This document shows, piece by piece, positions 62,659-64,000 of a stretch of 64,000 bases of DNA. Under the pieces are notes generated by a model, which was not told the DNA's origin, did no database searches, and saw only the letters and a program-made list of their open reading frames with translations. The position numbers were made by a program, and so were the translations under genes. This stretch comes from the human T2T-CHM13v2.0 reference genome, Homo sapiens: the NCBI RefSeq assembly GCF_009914755.1, contig NC_060939.1, one strand, 5' to 3'. Position 1 is the stretch's first letter. Every line of letters starts with the position of its first letter.

Positions 62659-63521
62659 GTTGGAGAAAACAAATTAGCTACCTGCTAAAAATCTGTGCTT
62701 ATAAAGATTATTAGCATAGTAAGTTAAACTTTCAAGGGTATTTATCAAACATCATCATCAGAACATTGAGCTATTCACCCGAACTGAATATAAATATGTG
62801 CACTTCAAAAAAAATAAAATAAAAACACTAAATTGCTAACATACAGGAAGATATGGACAGTGCTCTCTCTCTCCCTCTTACAGCGTAATTACCATTCAAT
62901 CAGGGACTGAACAGTGCATCAAACCCAGGACATTTGGAAATCACAAGGGGCTAGCAGGCTGGGTTTCTGACCACGTGTCTGTTGACTGTGACTTTGGTAA
63001 GTCACAACTTCTTCAGGGTTTCAGGTGGCCTGTGTTTCTCCAACTTGGGCCCTCCTCTCCATCCCTTCCAGCATTGTAATGATGCAGGCCCTCACTAATT
63101 CTTGCCTATAATATTTCAGCAGCTTCATAACCAATCCACCTGTCTCCAGGCTAGACCCTCTCAAATCCATCCTCAACAGAGCTACCACAGTAATCCATCT
63201 AAAACACGTTTGATTTTGGAATTTCCCACTTCTGGAACCACAGGAAGAAGTCCCAACAACTCTTGAAAATGGCCATTTTTAAAGCTATTCCAAGATCTAC
63301 CCCCAAACCTCTACTTCCTACTTCCCACCCAATCCCCTTGCTATTGTTCTAGGATCCTCCCTTGCTATTTTTCTAGTATCCAATTTCCCCTTCCCCCAGC
63401 TCTGAGCTCCGTGATATTTCCTCTTCTCTATGCCTTTGCTCTTGTTGTTAACTCTGAAAGAAATTTAACCTTTCCTAGATCACTCCTATCCACTTCTTTC
63501 AAATCTCAAGAAGCTCACCCT

Positions 63522-63777
63522 GGCCAGGTGTGGTGGCTCACTCCTATAATCCCAAAACTTCAAGAGGCTGAGATGGGAGGATCGCTTGAGCCCTCAGGCG
63601 TTCGAGACCAGCCTGGGCAACACAGTGAGACCCCTGTCTCTACAAAAAATAAACAAAATTAGTCAGGCATGGTGGCGTATGCCTGTAGTCCCAGCTACGC
63701 ACTTGCTGCAGTGAGTCAAGACTGTGCCACTGCACTCTAGTCTGAGTGACAGAGCAAGGTCCGGTCTCAAAAAAAAA
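63522..63777 (+). mobile_element. AluJ with a right-arm deletion
   Basis: Dimer; flanking TCACCCTG repeat. Confidence 0.85.
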
Positions 63778-63787
63778 GGTCACCCTG

Positions 63788-63992
63788 CAGATTGGTGTCT
63801 CAGGAGCTAGAGAAGAGTAGGTGGAAAGCAGTTGCTTAATGGATACAGAATTTTCTTCTAGAGTGATGAAAATGTTTTGGAAGTACGTAGAGATGGTGGT
63901 TATACAACAATGTGAATGTATTAAATGTCATTGAATCGTTCACTTTAATATGACTTATTTTATGTTTTGACAATCTCATCTCAATTTTTAAA
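63788..63992 (+). mobile_element. L1M 3' UTR fragment
   Basis: 'gtgatgaaaatgttttgga..gatggt..acaacaatgtgaatgta' motif. Confidence 0.75.
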
Positions 63993-64000
63993 AGACAGCA

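Overview
Human (primate) genomic DNA covering the 5' part of UACA (ankyrin-repeat/coiled-coil protein) on the minus strand. It holds six internal coding exons with ankyrin repeats (433-12570) and an alternative first coding exon, MMNCWFSCTPKNR (14787-14825). About 49 kb further upstream is repeat-rich and is probably the long first intron of the longer isoform, whose first exon is not in the window. The main feature is a young L1HS-Ta element at 42571-48119 on the + strand, antisense to UACA, with intact ORF1 (338 aa) and ORF2 (1275 aa). Its 5' UTR has a precise splice-type deletion (SpIRE 97/622 structure). Inside its 14-bp TSD it also carries a 139-nt 5' transduction, apparently spliced, and a remnant of its parent's TSD in the poly(A) tail. 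Together these suggest it was copied from an upstream-promoter-driven, doubly spliced transcript and records its own ancestry. Smaller oddities: a tailless AluY with an intact TSD, two Alus with template-switch inverted insertions at the same position, an Alu trimer in one TSD, a three-level MLT1 > Alu monomer > MST nest, and a 97-bp dispersed duplication of apparently unique sequence. Repeat subfamily names come from recalled consensus sequences and boundaries of old repeats are approximate.
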